Positions 9,155 through 20,381 of a stretch of DNA of 45,498 nucleotides are shown one piece after another. The first letter of the stretch is position 1. Each line of letters opens with the position of its first letter. Origin of the DNA: Betaproteobacteria bacterium. Its GTDB lineage: Bacteria; Pseudomonadota; Gammaproteobacteria; Burkholderiales; JACQAP01. Below the pieces are notes generated by a model. The model ran no database searches, was not told the origin of the DNA, and saw nothing but the letters and a program-made list of their open reading frames with translations. A program made the position numbers and the translations under genes. Where the stretch lies: NCBI GenBank assembly GCA_039930785.1, contig JBDTTE010000003.1, positions 1-45,498 on the forward strand, in the 5' to 3' direction.

Positions 9155-10468
9155 ATGAACCCGATAAAATTTTTTGCCCTGCTGGCACTTGTTGCGGCCG
9201 TTCCGGCGCTCGCGGCGCCAGGCGACCGAAAGAAAGACGACAGTCTTTCCCTCGATCGCATCGTAGCCGTCGTCAATAACGAAGTTGTCACGCGGCTCGA
9301 CCTCGACGAGCAGGTCAAGGTGGCTTCGCAACAACTCAAGCGCCAGGGCACGCCGTTGCCGGCGAGCGACGTTCTTGAACGACAGCTTCTCGAGCGACTG
9401 ATCACGTCCAAAGTCCTTACGCAGAACGCGAAGGAAACGGGTTTGCGCGTGGACGATACGCAACTGCAGCGGTCGATCGAGCGCATTGCCCAGGAGAACA
9501 AGGCCACGCCCGAAGCCTTCCGCAAGACACTGGAAGGCGAAGGCATCGATTTCAACCGCTTTCGCGAGGAACTGCGCAATGAAATCCTGATTGCGCGCCT
9601 GAAGGAGCGCGAGGTCGACAGCAAGATCCTGATCACCGACGCCGAGATCGATAACTATCTCAAGAACCAGCAGAACCAGACCGGGAAGGACGACGAATAC
9701 AACCTGTCGCACATCCTGGTGCTGGTGCCCGAACAGGCCAGCCCGGAAAAAATCCAGGCCAAGAAGTTGATTGCCGAAAAAGCGCTGGAGCAGATCAAGG
9801 GTGGCGCGGACTTCCGTCAGGTATCGGCTGGTGTATCCGACGCGCCGAACGCACTCGATGGCGGGCCCCTCGGCTGGCGCCCCGCCGCAAAGTTGCCGCA
9901 GATTTTCGTCGATGCCGTAAAGACCATGAAGGTCGGCGACGTAAGCCCGGTGCTGCGCAGCGCCAACGGATTCCACATCATCAAGATGGCCGACAAGCGT
10001 GGTAACGATTCCCCGGTCATGATCCAGCAGACCCACGCCCGCCACATCCTGATCCGCCTGAACGAGGTGGTGTCGGAAGCCGATGCGAAGCAAAGGCTGG
10101 TCAATCTGAAGGAGCGTGTGGAGAACGGCACCAGCTTCGCCGAATTGGCGCGCTTGCAATCGGAAGATGCCAGCGCTTCGAAAGGCGGCGACCTCGGGTG
10201 GCTTTCGCCCGGCGACACCGTGCCGGAGTTCGAACGCGCAATGGACGCGCTGGAACCGGGGAAAGTCAGCGATCCCGTGAAATCGCCTTTTGGCTACCAC
10301 TTGATCCAGGTCGTGGAACGGCGTAACGAGGACATGTCGAAGGAACGTCAGCGCGTGCTGGCGCGCCAGTCGATCCGCACGCGAAAGGCAGACGAGGCTT
10401 ACCAGGAATGGGTGCGCCAGCAACGCGATCGCGCTTACATCGAGGTGCGACTCGAAGATCCACGCTGA
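9155..10468 (+). CDS. surA: Periplasmic chaperone/PPIase SurA
   Basis: Signal peptide, DRIVAVVNNEVV, two parvulin domains (LSHILV, HARHILIR, GGDLGW, SPFGYHLI). Confidence 0.95.
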   Translation: MNPIKFFALLALVAAVPALAAPGDRKKDDSLSLDRIVAVVNNEVVTRLDLDEQVKVASQQLKRQGTPLPASDVLERQLLERLITSKVLTQNAKETGLRVDDTQLQRSIERIAQENKATPEAFRKTLEGEGIDFNRFREELRNEILIARLKEREVDSKILITDAEIDNYLKNQQNQTGKDDEYNLSHILVLVPEQASPEKIQAKKLIAEKALEQIKGGADFRQVSAGVSDAPNALDGGPLGWRPAAKLPQIFVDAVKTMKVGDVSPVLRSANGFHIIKMADKRGNDSPVMIQQTHARHILIRLNEVVSEADAKQRLVNLKERVENGTSFAELARLQSEDASASKGGDLGWLSPGDTVPEFERAMDALEPGKVSDPVKSPFGYHLIQVVERRNEDMSKERQRVLARQSIRTRKADEAYQEWVRQQRDRAYIEVRLEDPR

Positions 10469-10512
10469 GCCCAGTTGTTGCCCATCGCCCAATCGCGTGC
10501 GAACTGATCGAG

Positions 10513-11298
10513 ATGCATATTCCTCGCAAGCGTTTTGGTCAGAACTTCCTCGAAGATCGCACGGTCGTCGATAACATTATTGCAGCCATCAAGCCGCAAA
10601 CGGGCGAGCGCTTCGTGGAGATCGGGCCCGGCTTGGGGGCGCTGACCGAGCCCTTGCTGAAGCATCTCGATCACATGCATGTGATCGAGATCGACCGCGA
10701 CATCGTCGCGGACCTGCGCGCGCGACATACCCCGGAACATTTGACGATTCACGAAGGCGACGCGCTCGATTTCGATTTCACGGCGCTGGGCGACGACCTG
10801 CGCGTAGTCGGCAATCTGCCTTACAACATTTCAACACCGCTGCTGTTTTGTCTGACCGGTTATGCGGACGCGGTGCACGATGCCCATTTCATGCTTCAGC
10901 GCGAAGTTGTAGAACGCATGGGCGCGCTGCCCGACACGCCGGAATATGGCCGTCTGTCCGTGATGTTGCAGTATCGCTGGAACATCGAACCTCTTTTCGA
11001 GGTCGATCCCGCGGCGTTTCGCCCTGCTCCGAAGGTATGGTCGGCGGTCGTGCGGCTGCTGCCGCACGCGGCGCTGCCGCATGTGGCGAAAGACGAAAAG
11101 ACATTCGCGGATGTCGTGACGCGCGCGTTCGGCCAGCGTCGCAAGACCTTGCGCAATACGTTGCGGGAAATACTATCGCCGGCGGATTTCGAGGGCCTGG
11201 GCATCGATCCGGGCGCACGAGGTGAAACCCTGGGCGTGGCGGATTTCGTGCGTATGGCGAATCTCGTCGCTGACCGGACTAGTGCTTGCGCTGGATGA
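10513..11298 (+). CDS. rsmA: 16S rRNA m6,2A dimethyltransferase
   Basis: [37 protein letters not shown]; start ATG 10513. 3' end overlaps gloA convergently by 20 nt. Confidence 0.96.
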   Translation: MHIPRKRFGQNFLEDRTVVDNIIAAIKPQTGERFVEIGPGLGALTEPLLKHLDHMHVIEIDRDIVADLRARHTPEHLTIHEGDALDFDFTALGDDLRVVGNLPYNISTPLLFCLTGYADAVHDAHFMLQREVVERMGALPDTPEYGRLSVMLQYRWNIEPLFEVDPAAFRPAPKVWSAVVRLLPHAALPHVAKDEKTFADVVTRAFGQRRKTLRNTLREILSPADFEGLGIDPGARGETLGVADFVRMANLVADRTSACAG

Positions 11299-11665
11299 AC
11301 TCGATCTTGTAGCCGTCCGGGTCTTCAACGAACGCAATGACTGTCGTACCGTGTTTCATCGGCCCGGCCTCGCGCGTGACCTTGCCCCCGCGCTTGCGCA
11401 CTTCATCACAGGCGCTGGCGGCATTGTCGACCTCCAGCGCTACGTGGCCATAGCCGCTGCCGAGATCGTATTTCGGCGTATCCCAGTTGTGCGTGAGTTC
11501 GAGCACCGCCTGCTCATCCTCGGAGCCATATCCCACGAAAGCCAGGGTGAAGCGCCCGTCGGGATAGTCTTTTTGGCGCAGTAGCTGCATGCCCAGCACG
11601 TTCGTATAGAAGTCGAGCGACCGTTTGAGGTCGCCGACGCGCAGCATGGTGTGGAGTATTCGCAT
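11279..11665 (-). CDS. gloA: Lactoylglutathione lyase (glyoxalase I)
   Basis: [37 protein letters not shown]. Confidence 0.96.
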   Translation of the reverse strand: MRILHTMLRVGDLKRSLDFYTNVLGMQLLRQKDYPDGRFTLAFVGYGSEDEQAVLELTHNWDTPKYDLGSGYGHVALEVDNAASACDEVRKRGGKVTREAGPMKHGTTVIAFVEDPDGYKIEFIQRKH

Positions 11666-11676
11666 TGTTGTTCCCT

Positions 11677-11865
11677 CTATATTTCGACCAGTTCGAAGTC
11701 TTCCTTGCGGGCGCCGCATTCCGGGCACACCCAGTTGACGGGCACATCGTCCCAGCGCGTGCCGGCGGGAATGCCTTCTTCCGGCGCGCCGGCGGCCTCG
11801 TCGTAGATGTAGCCGCAGATCAGGCACATAAAAGTCTTGAAGGATTGATCGTCGCTTGCTGCCAT
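11677..11865 (-). CDS. Rubredoxin
   Basis: CLICGYIYD...WVCPECG two-knuckle motif. Confidence 0.93.
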   Translation of the reverse strand: MAASDDQSFKTFMCLICGYIYDEAAGAPEEGIPAGTRWDDVPVNWVCPECGARKEDFELVEI

Positions 11866-11928
11866 GGTGAGCGTGGGCTTTCAGTTAAACTTCCATTTTA
11901 GTTCGAAACCCATCGCGACCCCATCGCC

Positions 11929-12765
11929 GTGCCCGCATCGCCCCCTATCGTACTAACGTTCGCCGGAACCGATCCCAGCGGAGGCGCCGGCCTGCAGGCG
12001 GATATCCTGACGCTTTCGAGCATGGGTTGCCATCCGCTGTCCGTCGTAACCGCGATAACTATCCAGGACACGATGGGTGTGGAGGACGTGCTGCCGATCG
12101 ATGCGGAATGGGTGGCCGACCAGGCGCGCTGCGTCCTCGAGGATGTGCCCGTCGCGGTATTCAAGATCGGGTTGCTCGGCAGCGTCGAGGTCGTCGCGGC
12201 GATAGCCGAGGTTGTTTCCGATTATCCCGACATCCCGCTGGTGCTCGATCCCGTGCTGGCCTCGGGAGGGGGCGACGATCTCGCCTCCGACGAATTGATT
12301 TCCGCGATCCGCGAACTGTTGATCCCGCAAACGACGCTGCTCACGCCGAACAGCATGGAGGCGCGGCGGTTGGCGCAAGGCGATGCCGATGAGGAGGACG
12401 CGGCTCTCGCGCTCGAAGAATGCGCACGAAGGATATTGCTGCTGGGTTGCGAATACGTGTTGATCACCGGCACGCATGAAAATACGTCGGAAGTCATCAA
12501 TACCCTCTTTCAGCAGCAAGGTGTGGTCAGGACCGATACCTGGCAACGCCTGCCGGGGACGTATCACGGATCCGGGTGCACCTTGGCGTCCGCCATTGCC
12601 GCAACTTTGGCCAACGGGCTGGCCATTCCGGAAGCCGTGCGCGACGCGCAGGAATACACCTGGCAGACGCTCAAACATGCTTACCGGACCGGCATGGGTC
12701 AACTGATACCGGACCGCCTGTTCTGGGCCCGCGAGGAAGAGTCGCCGGATGGAAAACCGGATTAG
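11929..12765 (+). CDS. thiD: Hydroxymethylpyrimidine/phosphomethylpyrimidine kinase family
   Basis: AGTDPSGGAGLQAD, LDPVL, TPNSME, HGSGCTLASA. Confidence 0.85.
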   Translation: MPASPPIVLTFAGTDPSGGAGLQADILTLSSMGCHPLSVVTAITIQDTMGVEDVLPIDAEWVADQARCVLEDVPVAVFKIGLLGSVEVVAAIAEVVSDYPDIPLVLDPVLASGGGDDLASDELISAIRELLIPQTTLLTPNSMEARRLAQGDADEEDAALALEECARRILLLGCEYVLITGTHENTSEVINTLFQQQGVVRTDTWQRLPGTYHGSGCTLASAIAATLANGLAIPEAVRDAQEYTWQTLKHAYRTGMGQLIPDRLFWAREEESPDGKPD

Positions 12766-13384
12766 CGGACTCTATGCGGTTACGCCCGAGATCGCCGATA
12801 CGGAGGGCCTGCTCGAAAAGGTCGATGCCGCACTGCGCGGCGGTGCGCGTATCGTGCAATACCGCAGCAAGTGTTCCGACGCCGGCCTTCGGCGGCGACA
12901 GGCGGTTGCGCTCGCCGAGCTGTGCCGGCAGCGACGCGCGTTGTTTATTGTCAACGACAGCGCCGAGCTGGCGCGGGAATCGGGCGCCGATGGCGTTCAT
13001 CTTGGCAGGGAAGACGGCATCGTCGCGCGCGCGAGGGCGACGCTCGGTCCAGGAAAAATAATTGGCGTGTCGTGCTACAACGAGATCGGACTGGCGCGTA
13101 CCGCCGTCGCGCAAGGCGCGGACTATATCGCGTTCGGCAGTTTTTTTTCATCCCTTACCAAACCCGCCGCCGTGCGCGCGGATGTGCAGTTGCTCCGTGC
13201 AGCTGCGGCGGAAATTGAGGTGCCGATCGTCGCGATCGGCGGTATCGATGTGGACAACGCCGCGGAATTAATCGCTGCCGGTGCCGACGCGGTCGCCGTC
13301 GTAAGTGCGTTGTTCGATGCGCACGACGTCGAGGCGCAAGCGCTTCGTTTCGTCGATCTTTTTCAGACTTCGGTTCATTCGTGA
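12749..13384 (+). CDS. thiE: Thiamine-phosphate synthase
   Basis: VQYRSK, FIVND, GVHLGRED, GVSCY, VAIGGI. Confidence 0.92.
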   Translation: MENRISGLYAVTPEIADTEGLLEKVDAALRGGARIVQYRSKCSDAGLRRRQAVALAELCRQRRALFIVNDSAELARESGADGVHLGREDGIVARARATLGPGKIIGVSCYNEIGLARTAVAQGADYIAFGSFFSSLTKPAAVRADVQLLRAAAAEIEVPIVAIGGIDVDNAAELIAAGADAVAVVSALFDAHDVEAQALRFVDLFQTSVHS

Positions 13385-13393
13385 GACGCAATC

Positions 13394-14683
13394 ATGAAAT
13401 CCAGAAATGAAATCCTGTTCGAACGGTCCCTGCGGGTCATACCCGGCGGCGTGAATTCACCGGTGCGAGCCTTCCGGTCCGTGGGCGGCACGCCCGTCTT
13501 CATCGCGCGTGGAGAGGGATCCGATATCTGGGATGCGGACGGCAAGCGCTATATCGATTATGTAGGTTCCTGGGGGCCGCTCGTCCTCGGTCATGCGCAT
13601 CCGCAGGTGGTGCGCGCGGTGCAGAATGCCGCCGCAAACGGATTGAGTTTCGGCGCGCCGACGCAGGCCGAACTCGAAATGGCGGAGTGGATCACGCGCT
13701 GCCTGCCCTCGATTGAGCAAGTCAGGCTGGTCAGTTCCGGAACCGAGGCGACGATGACGGCCATACGCGTAGCGCGCGGTTTTACCGGCCGTCCGAAGAT
13801 CATCAAATTCGAAGGCTGTTATCACGGGCATGCCGATTCGCTGCTGGTAAAGGCCGGGTCTGGCGCGCTGACACTGGGGCAACCGAGTTCAGCAGGTGTG
13901 CCGGCGGAGATCACCGCGCACACCGTGGTCCTCGACTATAACGATCCGTCCAAGCTGGAGGCGGCCTTCAAGGCCGCGGGCGACCAGATTGCCGCGATCA
14001 TCGTGGAGCCCGTCGCCGGCAACATGAACCTGGTCAAGCCCACGCGCGAGTTCCTTTCGGCCATGCGCGAACTCTGCACGCGCCATGGCGCGCTGCTCAT
14101 CTTCGACGAAGTCATGACCGGATTTCGCGTCGGCCTGAAAGGCGCGCAGGGGTTGTACGGGATCACGCCGGACCTGACCACGCTGGGCAAGGTGATCGGC
14201 GGTGGCATGCCGGTCGGTGCCCTGGGCGGTCGACGCGACATCATGCAGGTGCTTGCGCCGGTGGGGCCGGTCTACCAGGCCGGGACGCTATCGGGCAATC
14301 CGGTTGCCGTTGCAGCAGGGCTGGCGACGCTTGAACTGATCGCCGCGCCGGGTTTCTTCGAGCGACTTACACTCAACACGAAGCGGCTGGTGGAAGGTTT
14401 GGAGGGCGCGGCGCGCAGCGCGGGACTTACCTTTTCCGCGCAATCCGTCGGCGGCATGTTCGGCGTTTACTTTCGCGCACGGCCGCCGGAAACCTATGCG
14501 CAGGTCATGGAATGCGACAAGGCGATGTTCAATCGCTTCTATCACGCATCGCTCGCGCAGGGGATTTACTTCGCGCCGTCGGCCTATGAAGCCGGATTTG
14601 TTTCGGCGGCGCACGGCGATGCGCAGATCGATGCGACGATCGCCGCCGCGAAAACGGCATTCGAATCTCTCGGCGCCGCGTGA
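13394..14683 (+). CDS. hemL: Glutamate-1-semialdehyde 2,1-aminomutase
   Basis: [40 protein letters not shown]. Confidence 0.97.
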   Translation: MKSRNEILFERSLRVIPGGVNSPVRAFRSVGGTPVFIARGEGSDIWDADGKRYIDYVGSWGPLVLGHAHPQVVRAVQNAAANGLSFGAPTQAELEMAEWITRCLPSIEQVRLVSSGTEATMTAIRVARGFTGRPKIIKFEGCYHGHADSLLVKAGSGALTLGQPSSAGVPAEITAHTVVLDYNDPSKLEAAFKAAGDQIAAIIVEPVAGNMNLVKPTREFLSAMRELCTRHGALLIFDEVMTGFRVGLKGAQGLYGITPDLTTLGKVIGGGMPVGALGGRRDIMQVLAPVGPVYQAGTLSGNPVAVAAGLATLELIAAPGFFERLTLNTKRLVEGLEGAARSAGLTFSAQSVGGMFGVYFRARPPETYAQVMECDKAMFNRFYHASLAQGIYFAPSAYEAGFVSAAHGDAQIDATIAAAKTAFESLGAA

Positions 14684-14712
14684 CTGGAACGGCGCCGGAT
14701 TGCGGTCGCGCC

Positions 14713-15315
14713 TTAGTGCAATCCCGAAATGTATTCGGCCAGTGCCGCGATGTCCTTGTCGGACAGCTTTGCCGCCGTGGATCGCATCATCTGGTTCGGA
14801 TCATTGGCACGGTCGCCGGCGCGGAAGGCCTTCAGCTGCGCGCCGACGTAGTCCGCGTGCTGGCTGGCAAGGCGAGGATACTGAGCCGGGATGCCCGCGC
14901 CATTCGGCGAATGGCAGCCGGCGCAGGCCGCAACGCCACTTGCGGATTTGCCGCCGCGGTAAAGCTTCTCTCCCTTGAGGGCGAGATCCTTGTCCTTCGC
15001 GCCCATCTGGCGCGGCGTCTGCGACGCATAAAAAGCGGCGACGTTGTGCATGTCTTCCGTCGAGAGGTTCGTGGTCATGGGCGCCATCATCGGATTGGCA
15101 CGCGCGCCGGATTTGAATTCACTGAGTTGCTTGAAAATATAATCGGCGTGCTGGCCCGCCAGACTGGGGTAGGCGGGAATCGCGGCCGTGCCGTCGAAGC
15201 CGTGGCAGGCCGCACAGACCTTGCCGACGATTTCCTGCCCTTTGGCCGGATCGCCGGCGGCTTGGACCGACGAGAAGAAAAAACAGGCAATTACCGTCGC
15301 AATGACACGAATCAT
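14713..15315 (-). CDS. Diheme cytochrome c4
   Basis: Signal peptide plus two CXXCH motifs (CAACH, CAGCH) with Met ligands; divergent from yihA as commonly seen. Confidence 0.92.
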   Translation of the reverse strand: MIRVIATVIACFFFSSVQAAGDPAKGQEIVGKVCAACHGFDGTAAIPAYPSLAGQHADYIFKQLSEFKSGARANPMMAPMTTNLSTEDMHNVAAFYASQTPRQMGAKDKDLALKGEKLYRGGKSASGVAACAGCHSPNGAGIPAQYPRLASQHADYVGAQLKAFRAGDRANDPNQMMRSTAAKLSDKDIAALAEYISGLH

Positions 15316-15432
15316 GAGTACTCCCTGACATACTGCAACACTGATATTTTCACCGCTGCAGCTTCGGTCCGTCCATTATCAATCGACGAACGCAGCGCCC
15401 GCAGCGACACCATCGGCATTTTAGCGTAACTC

Positions 15433-16035
15433 ATGAGCCAGTCAGATTTGTTCCGCGACATCGCTTTCTTTACCTCCGCGGCCGACGAAGGCGGTCTGCC
15501 GGCGTCATCGATCGAAGTGGCTATCGTCGGGCGGTCGAACGCAGGCAAGTCGAGCGCCATCAATACCCTCGCGCAACGGCATCGCCTTGCGTTCGTCAGC
15601 AAAACGCCGGGCCGAACACAGCAGATCAATTTTTTCAGCATGGGCAGTGGGCGATTCCTGGTGGATTTGCCTGGATATGGTTATGCCAAGGTTCCGCGGG
15701 ACCTCCAACGCGAATGGGAGCGGCTGATCTCGGGATACCTGCAATTGCGCCCACAATTGCGCGGTCTGGTGGTCGTCATGGACATTCGCCACCCGATGAA
15801 AGATCTCGACGCGCAGTTGCTGGCCTGGTTCGCCACGACCGGAAAACCTGCGCATGTGCTGCTGACGAAGTCCGACAAGCTCGGCAAACAGGCGGCAACC
15901 ACCCAGCTGCGCAACACGGCGGAGATTCTCAAAAGGGATTTTGCCGGCGTTACGGTGCAGTTATTCTCTGCGTCGGCCCGCGTCGGCGTAGTTGAGGCGG
16001 AAGCCGTTCTGCGTCGCTGGTATGAGGCGACTTGA
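15433..16035 (+). CDS. yihA: Ribosome biogenesis GTPase YihA/EngB
   Basis: GRSNAGKSS, SKTPGRT, DLPGYG, TKSD. Confidence 0.96.
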   Translation: MSQSDLFRDIAFFTSAADEGGLPASSIEVAIVGRSNAGKSSAINTLAQRHRLAFVSKTPGRTQQINFFSMGSGRFLVDLPGYGYAKVPRDLQREWERLISGYLQLRPQLRGLVVVMDIRHPMKDLDAQLLAWFATTGKPAHVLLTKSDKLGKQAATTQLRNTAEILKRDFAGVTVQLFSASARVGVVEAEAVLRRWYEAT

Positions 16036-16054
16036 AGAAATGCGCAGGTAGAAT

Positions 16055-16090
16055 AAAAAACCCCCGGTTAAAGGGGACTAAAACCGGGGG
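16055..16090 (-). terminator. Intrinsic terminator of the sRNA
   Basis: CCCCCGGTT-N12-AACCGGGGG followed by TTTTTT on the minus strand only. Confidence 0.85.
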
Positions 16091-16156
16091 CCAAGCAAAG
16101 CCTCAATTGGATTAAGGCACCCGCTCAGGGAGGAGAAGCGGGAGACATCGCTGTCT
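16055..16156 (-). ncRNA. Small RNA, anti-hemB/betaproteobacterial toxic-sRNA-like (~100 nt)
   Basis: ORF-free, divergent from hemB. Hairpin CCCGCU/AGCGGG with loop UCUCCUCCCUG; second hairpin GCCUUAAU-CCA-AUUGAGGC; terminator plus U-tract. 5' end inferred from the promoter. Confidence 0.8.
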
Positions 16157-16162
16157 GCAAGA

Positions 16163-17269
<1,107 letters not shown>

Positions 17270-17279
17270 TCCGGGACGC

Positions 17280-17900
17280 TCAGGCGCCGGTTTCTCCGAG
17301 CGTGGCGTCCAGCCAGTCGATGCGGACTCTTTCCAGCGGACGGCCTTCGGGCGTGCTGCGAATTTGTGCGCGCAGATCCCGCGGATCGAACACCGTGACG
17401 TCGAAGTCGGCTTCCGCCGTGCTGATGCTGAAACTCGGCACGCTGCGCACTTCGTCGCCGATGTGAATGCGCCTCTCGTCGCTGCGATATTCAATGCCGC
17501 GATCGATCAGGAAAATTTCCACGTCCTTGACGCTGTCCGTAAACAACAGCAGGTCGATGTCCGCATACTTTCCCGCGCTGCCTGAAAGCACGGCGCCGGA
17601 CAGGTAGGGGTCGAAGCGGGACAGGGTCTTCATCATCTCGCGCGCCCGTTCGCGCAGGTACTGCAATCGATCCCGCAATTCGTCGGCTTGATATAGCTGC
17701 TGGTAAGCGCGCAGCGCCTGCTCGACTTCATCGTTGGTTGGCAGGTTGCGAGTGTCCGGTGCGCCGGACTGGCGCGCTGCTTTGCGTTTGGCCAGTGCGT
17801 AATCGTCGATTCCGTCGACGGCCATCAGGCGCGCCGCCAGATGCGCGATGCGCTCGCGCATCTGTCTGTTGTTTCCCCCGTCTCTGGGCATTTCCGTCAA
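17280..17900 (-). CDS. Conserved hypothetical protein with Pol-beta-like nucleotidyltransferase motif
   Basis: Helical N-terminus, then YLSGAVLSGSAGKYADIDLLLF and a later DFDVTVF strand. Start uncertain (TTG 17900 or ATG 17891). Confidence 0.75.
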   Translation of the reverse strand: MTEMPRDGGNNRQMRERIAHLAARLMAVDGIDDYALAKRKAARQSGAPDTRNLPTNDEVEQALRAYQQLYQADELRDRLQYLRERAREMMKTLSRFDPYLSGAVLSGSAGKYADIDLLLFTDSVKDVEIFLIDRGIEYRSDERRIHIGDEVRSVPSFSISTAEADFDVTVFDPRDLRAQIRSTPEGRPLERVRIDWLDATLGETGA

Positions 17901-20221
17901 TACAACTGGTCTTTTACTTCCTCGGGCGGCTTCGTCGAATCGCCCCCTTCCATGGGAGTGTCCTGCTCCGGCGGCACGTTCTCGTGATAGAAGTATTCGA
18001 TCATCGGAGTCGGTGCGTGCTTGTCACGAAGACCGGTCTCGGAATTGATGGCCACGGCAACCACGCCTTCTGGCGCAATGGGCAACTCTTCGGGCTGACC
18101 TTTGAGCACTGCACCCATGTACGACATCCAGATCGGCAGCGCCACGACCGCGCCAGTTTCGCGATCGCCCAGCGATCGCGGAATGTCGTAGCCGACCCAC
18201 ACGACTGAAGCCAGATGGCGCTGAAAGCCCGCAAACCAGGCATCGAGTTGCTCGTTGGTCGTGCCGGTTTTTCCGGCGAGATCGATGCGTCCAAGTTGCA
18301 TTGCGCGAGCACCCGTGCCGCCGCGAATGACGTCCTGCATCATGTTGGTCATGATAAATGCGTTGCGTGCGTCGATCACGCGTTCCGCGCTCTTGCCGAC
18401 GATTGTAGGCGTCGCCTTGCCGAGCACCGTGCCCTGGGCATCTTCGATGCGCTCGATGAAATACGGCGTCATCCGGTATCCGCCGTTGGCGAACACGGAA
18501 TAGCCGACCACCATTTCCAGCGGCGATGCCGCGCCAGCTCCGAGCGCCATGGTCAGGTAGGGCGGATGTTGTTTTGGATCGAACCCGAAACGCGAGATGT
18601 AATCCTGCGCATATTGCGGCGTGATCGCCTGAAGGATGCGGATCGACACAAGATTCTTCGATTTCGTCAGCGCCGTGCGCATGCGAATGGGGCCGTCGAA
18701 ATTGCCGTCGAAATTTCGCGGTTGCCAGTTCACCGAACCCGTTTCGCTGGCATCGATGGTCAAGGGCGCGTCGTTGATGATGGTTGCCGGGGTGAATCCC
18801 TTTTCCAGTGCCGCCGAGTAAATGAATGGCTTGAAACTCGAGCCGGGCTGGCGGCGCGCCTGCGTGACGTGGTTGTACTTGTTGCGGTAAAAATCGAAAC
18901 CGCCGACCAGCGCGCGTATTGCGCCGTTGTCGGTATCCAACGACACCAGTGCAGATTCCACCTGGGGTAACTGCACGATCTGCCAGTTTCCCTTGGCGTC
19001 GGCTTGCACGCGAATGAGTGCGCCGCGCTTGAGCCGTACTTTTGCCGGCGCCTTGTTGCCGATCATGCGTCCCGCGAACTTCAGCGCATCGCCGGTGATC
19101 GTGATGGTCTCGCCGCCCTTGCGGTATGCCTTTACGACTTTGGGGTCGACCTCGAGCGCAATGGCGGGAAAGATCTCATCGCTTTCAAGCTCCTCCTGCA
19201 GGGCATCCTCCAGCGCCTCTTCACCCACTTCCGTATTCGGCAGGTTGAAGTAGCCCTCCGCGCCGCGGTAGCCCTGCCTCTTGTCGTATTCCATGACGCC
19301 CGTGCGCAAAGCCTTGAAGGCGGCGTCCTGGTGGATCTTGGAGAGCGTCGTATAGACCCGGAAGCCGCGCGTGTAGGCCTCTTCCTTGTAGGCGTCATAG
19401 ATGGCCTGGCGCACCATTTCCGCAAAGTGGTCCGCGCGAGTCGCAAATTCCTGCACCTGGCGCGAAACAATAATGGGCTGCGCCTCAGCTTTCTTCAGTT
19501 GTTCGCCGTTGATGTAACCCAGTTCGGCCATGCGCTTCAAAACGTATCGCTGGCGGATTTTGGACCGGTTCATGTTGACTACCGGGTTGTAACGCGACGG
19601 CGCTTTCGGGAGACCGGCAAGCATTGCGATTTCGGCGACGCTCAATTGATCGAGTTGTTTGCCGAAATACACCTGGGAGGCCGCGCCAAAGCCGTAAGCA
19701 CGCTGGCCCAGGTAAATCTGGTTGATATACAACTGCAGGATCTCGTCCTTCGTGAGGCTGTGCTCGATTTTGAAGGCCAGCAATGCCTCGCTGAACTTGC
19801 GGCTGAAGGTTTTTTCGGTGCTGAGGAAGAAGTTGCGCGCCACCTGCATGGTGATGGTGCTCGCGCCCTGACGGGCGCTGGCGGAGGCGAAATTGGACAG
19901 TGCGGCACGAATGACACCGATGTAGTCGACGCCTCCGTGCTCGTAGAAGCGTTCGTCCTCGGCGGCAATGATCGCCTTGCGCAGCAAATCGGGCGTCTGG
20001 TCGATCTTAAGGAAGGCGCGTTTTTCCTCACCGAACTCGCCGATGAGGGAGCCCTCCATGCTGAATATCTGGAGCGGGATTTTGGGCTGGTATGAGGTCA
20101 GCGCATCGAGAGACGGCAATTTTGGGTACGCGACGACTGCGGTGTATCCGACGATCAGGCCGACGGCAACGACCAGCGCAACCAGTCCCAGCAATGGGTA
20201 GATCCACCAACGCGAAAACAT
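17897..20221 (-). CDS. mrcA: Penicillin-binding protein 1A
   Basis: N-terminal TM, EDERFYEH, GASTITMQVARN, SSFK, SKN, KTG motifs; divergent from pilM. Confidence 0.96.
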   Translation of the reverse strand: MFSRWWIYPLLGLVALVVAVGLIVGYTAVVAYPKLPSLDALTSYQPKIPLQIFSMEGSLIGEFGEEKRAFLKIDQTPDLLRKAIIAAEDERFYEHGGVDYIGVIRAALSNFASASARQGASTITMQVARNFFLSTEKTFSRKFSEALLAFKIEHSLTKDEILQLYINQIYLGQRAYGFGAASQVYFGKQLDQLSVAEIAMLAGLPKAPSRYNPVVNMNRSKIRQRYVLKRMAELGYINGEQLKKAEAQPIIVSRQVQEFATRADHFAEMVRQAIYDAYKEEAYTRGFRVYTTLSKIHQDAAFKALRTGVMEYDKRQGYRGAEGYFNLPNTEVGEEALEDALQEELESDEIFPAIALEVDPKVVKAYRKGGETITITGDALKFAGRMIGNKAPAKVRLKRGALIRVQADAKGNWQIVQLPQVESALVSLDTDNGAIRALVGGFDFYRNKYNHVTQARRQPGSSFKPFIYSAALEKGFTPATIINDAPLTIDASETGSVNWQPRNFDGNFDGPIRMRTALTKSKNLVSIRILQAITPQYAQDYISRFGFDPKQHPPYLTMALGAGAASPLEMVVGYSVFANGGYRMTPYFIERIEDAQGTVLGKATPTIVGKSAERVIDARNAFIMTNMMQDVIRGGTGARAMQLGRIDLAGKTGTTNEQLDAWFAGFQRHLASVVWVGYDIPRSLGDRETGAVVALPIWMSYMGAVLKGQPEELPIAPEGVVAVAINSETGLRDKHAPTPMIEYFYHENVPPEQDTPMEGGDSTKPPEEVKDQLY

Positions 20222-20268
20222 GATTTTAGGGAGCGGGTGCCGAGGGCAGGCAGACGAAAACGAACCGC

Positions 20269-20345
20269 ATTATATAAGTTGTTATGAACCGGCTGTAGAA
20301 ACATGACTTAAAACGCTTTACATGCAAAATAGTTGTTGTTAGCAT
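20269..20345. promoter_or_regulatory. Divergent sigma70 promoters for mrcA and pilMNOPQ
   Basis: Minus strand TATAAT at 20269-20274. Plus strand TTTACA(20317)-N17-TAGCAT(20340) with extended TG, in an AT-rich spacer. Confidence 0.55.
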
Positions 20346-20381
20346 TTAATGTAGATTATATGTATCACGCCTAAACCGCCA

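Noticed and set aside
8108-10492. 794-aa minus-strand ORF
   Set aside because: Antisense shadow of lptD-surA with no recognisable motifs; expected from high-GC codon bias.
11866-11928. TPP riboswitch upstream of thiD-thiE
   Set aside because: Spacer is only 63 nt and lacks the CUGAGA core motif.
15369-15382. Possible FNR box upstream of cytochrome c4
   Set aside because: Only one half-site (ATCAA/TTGAT) is present.
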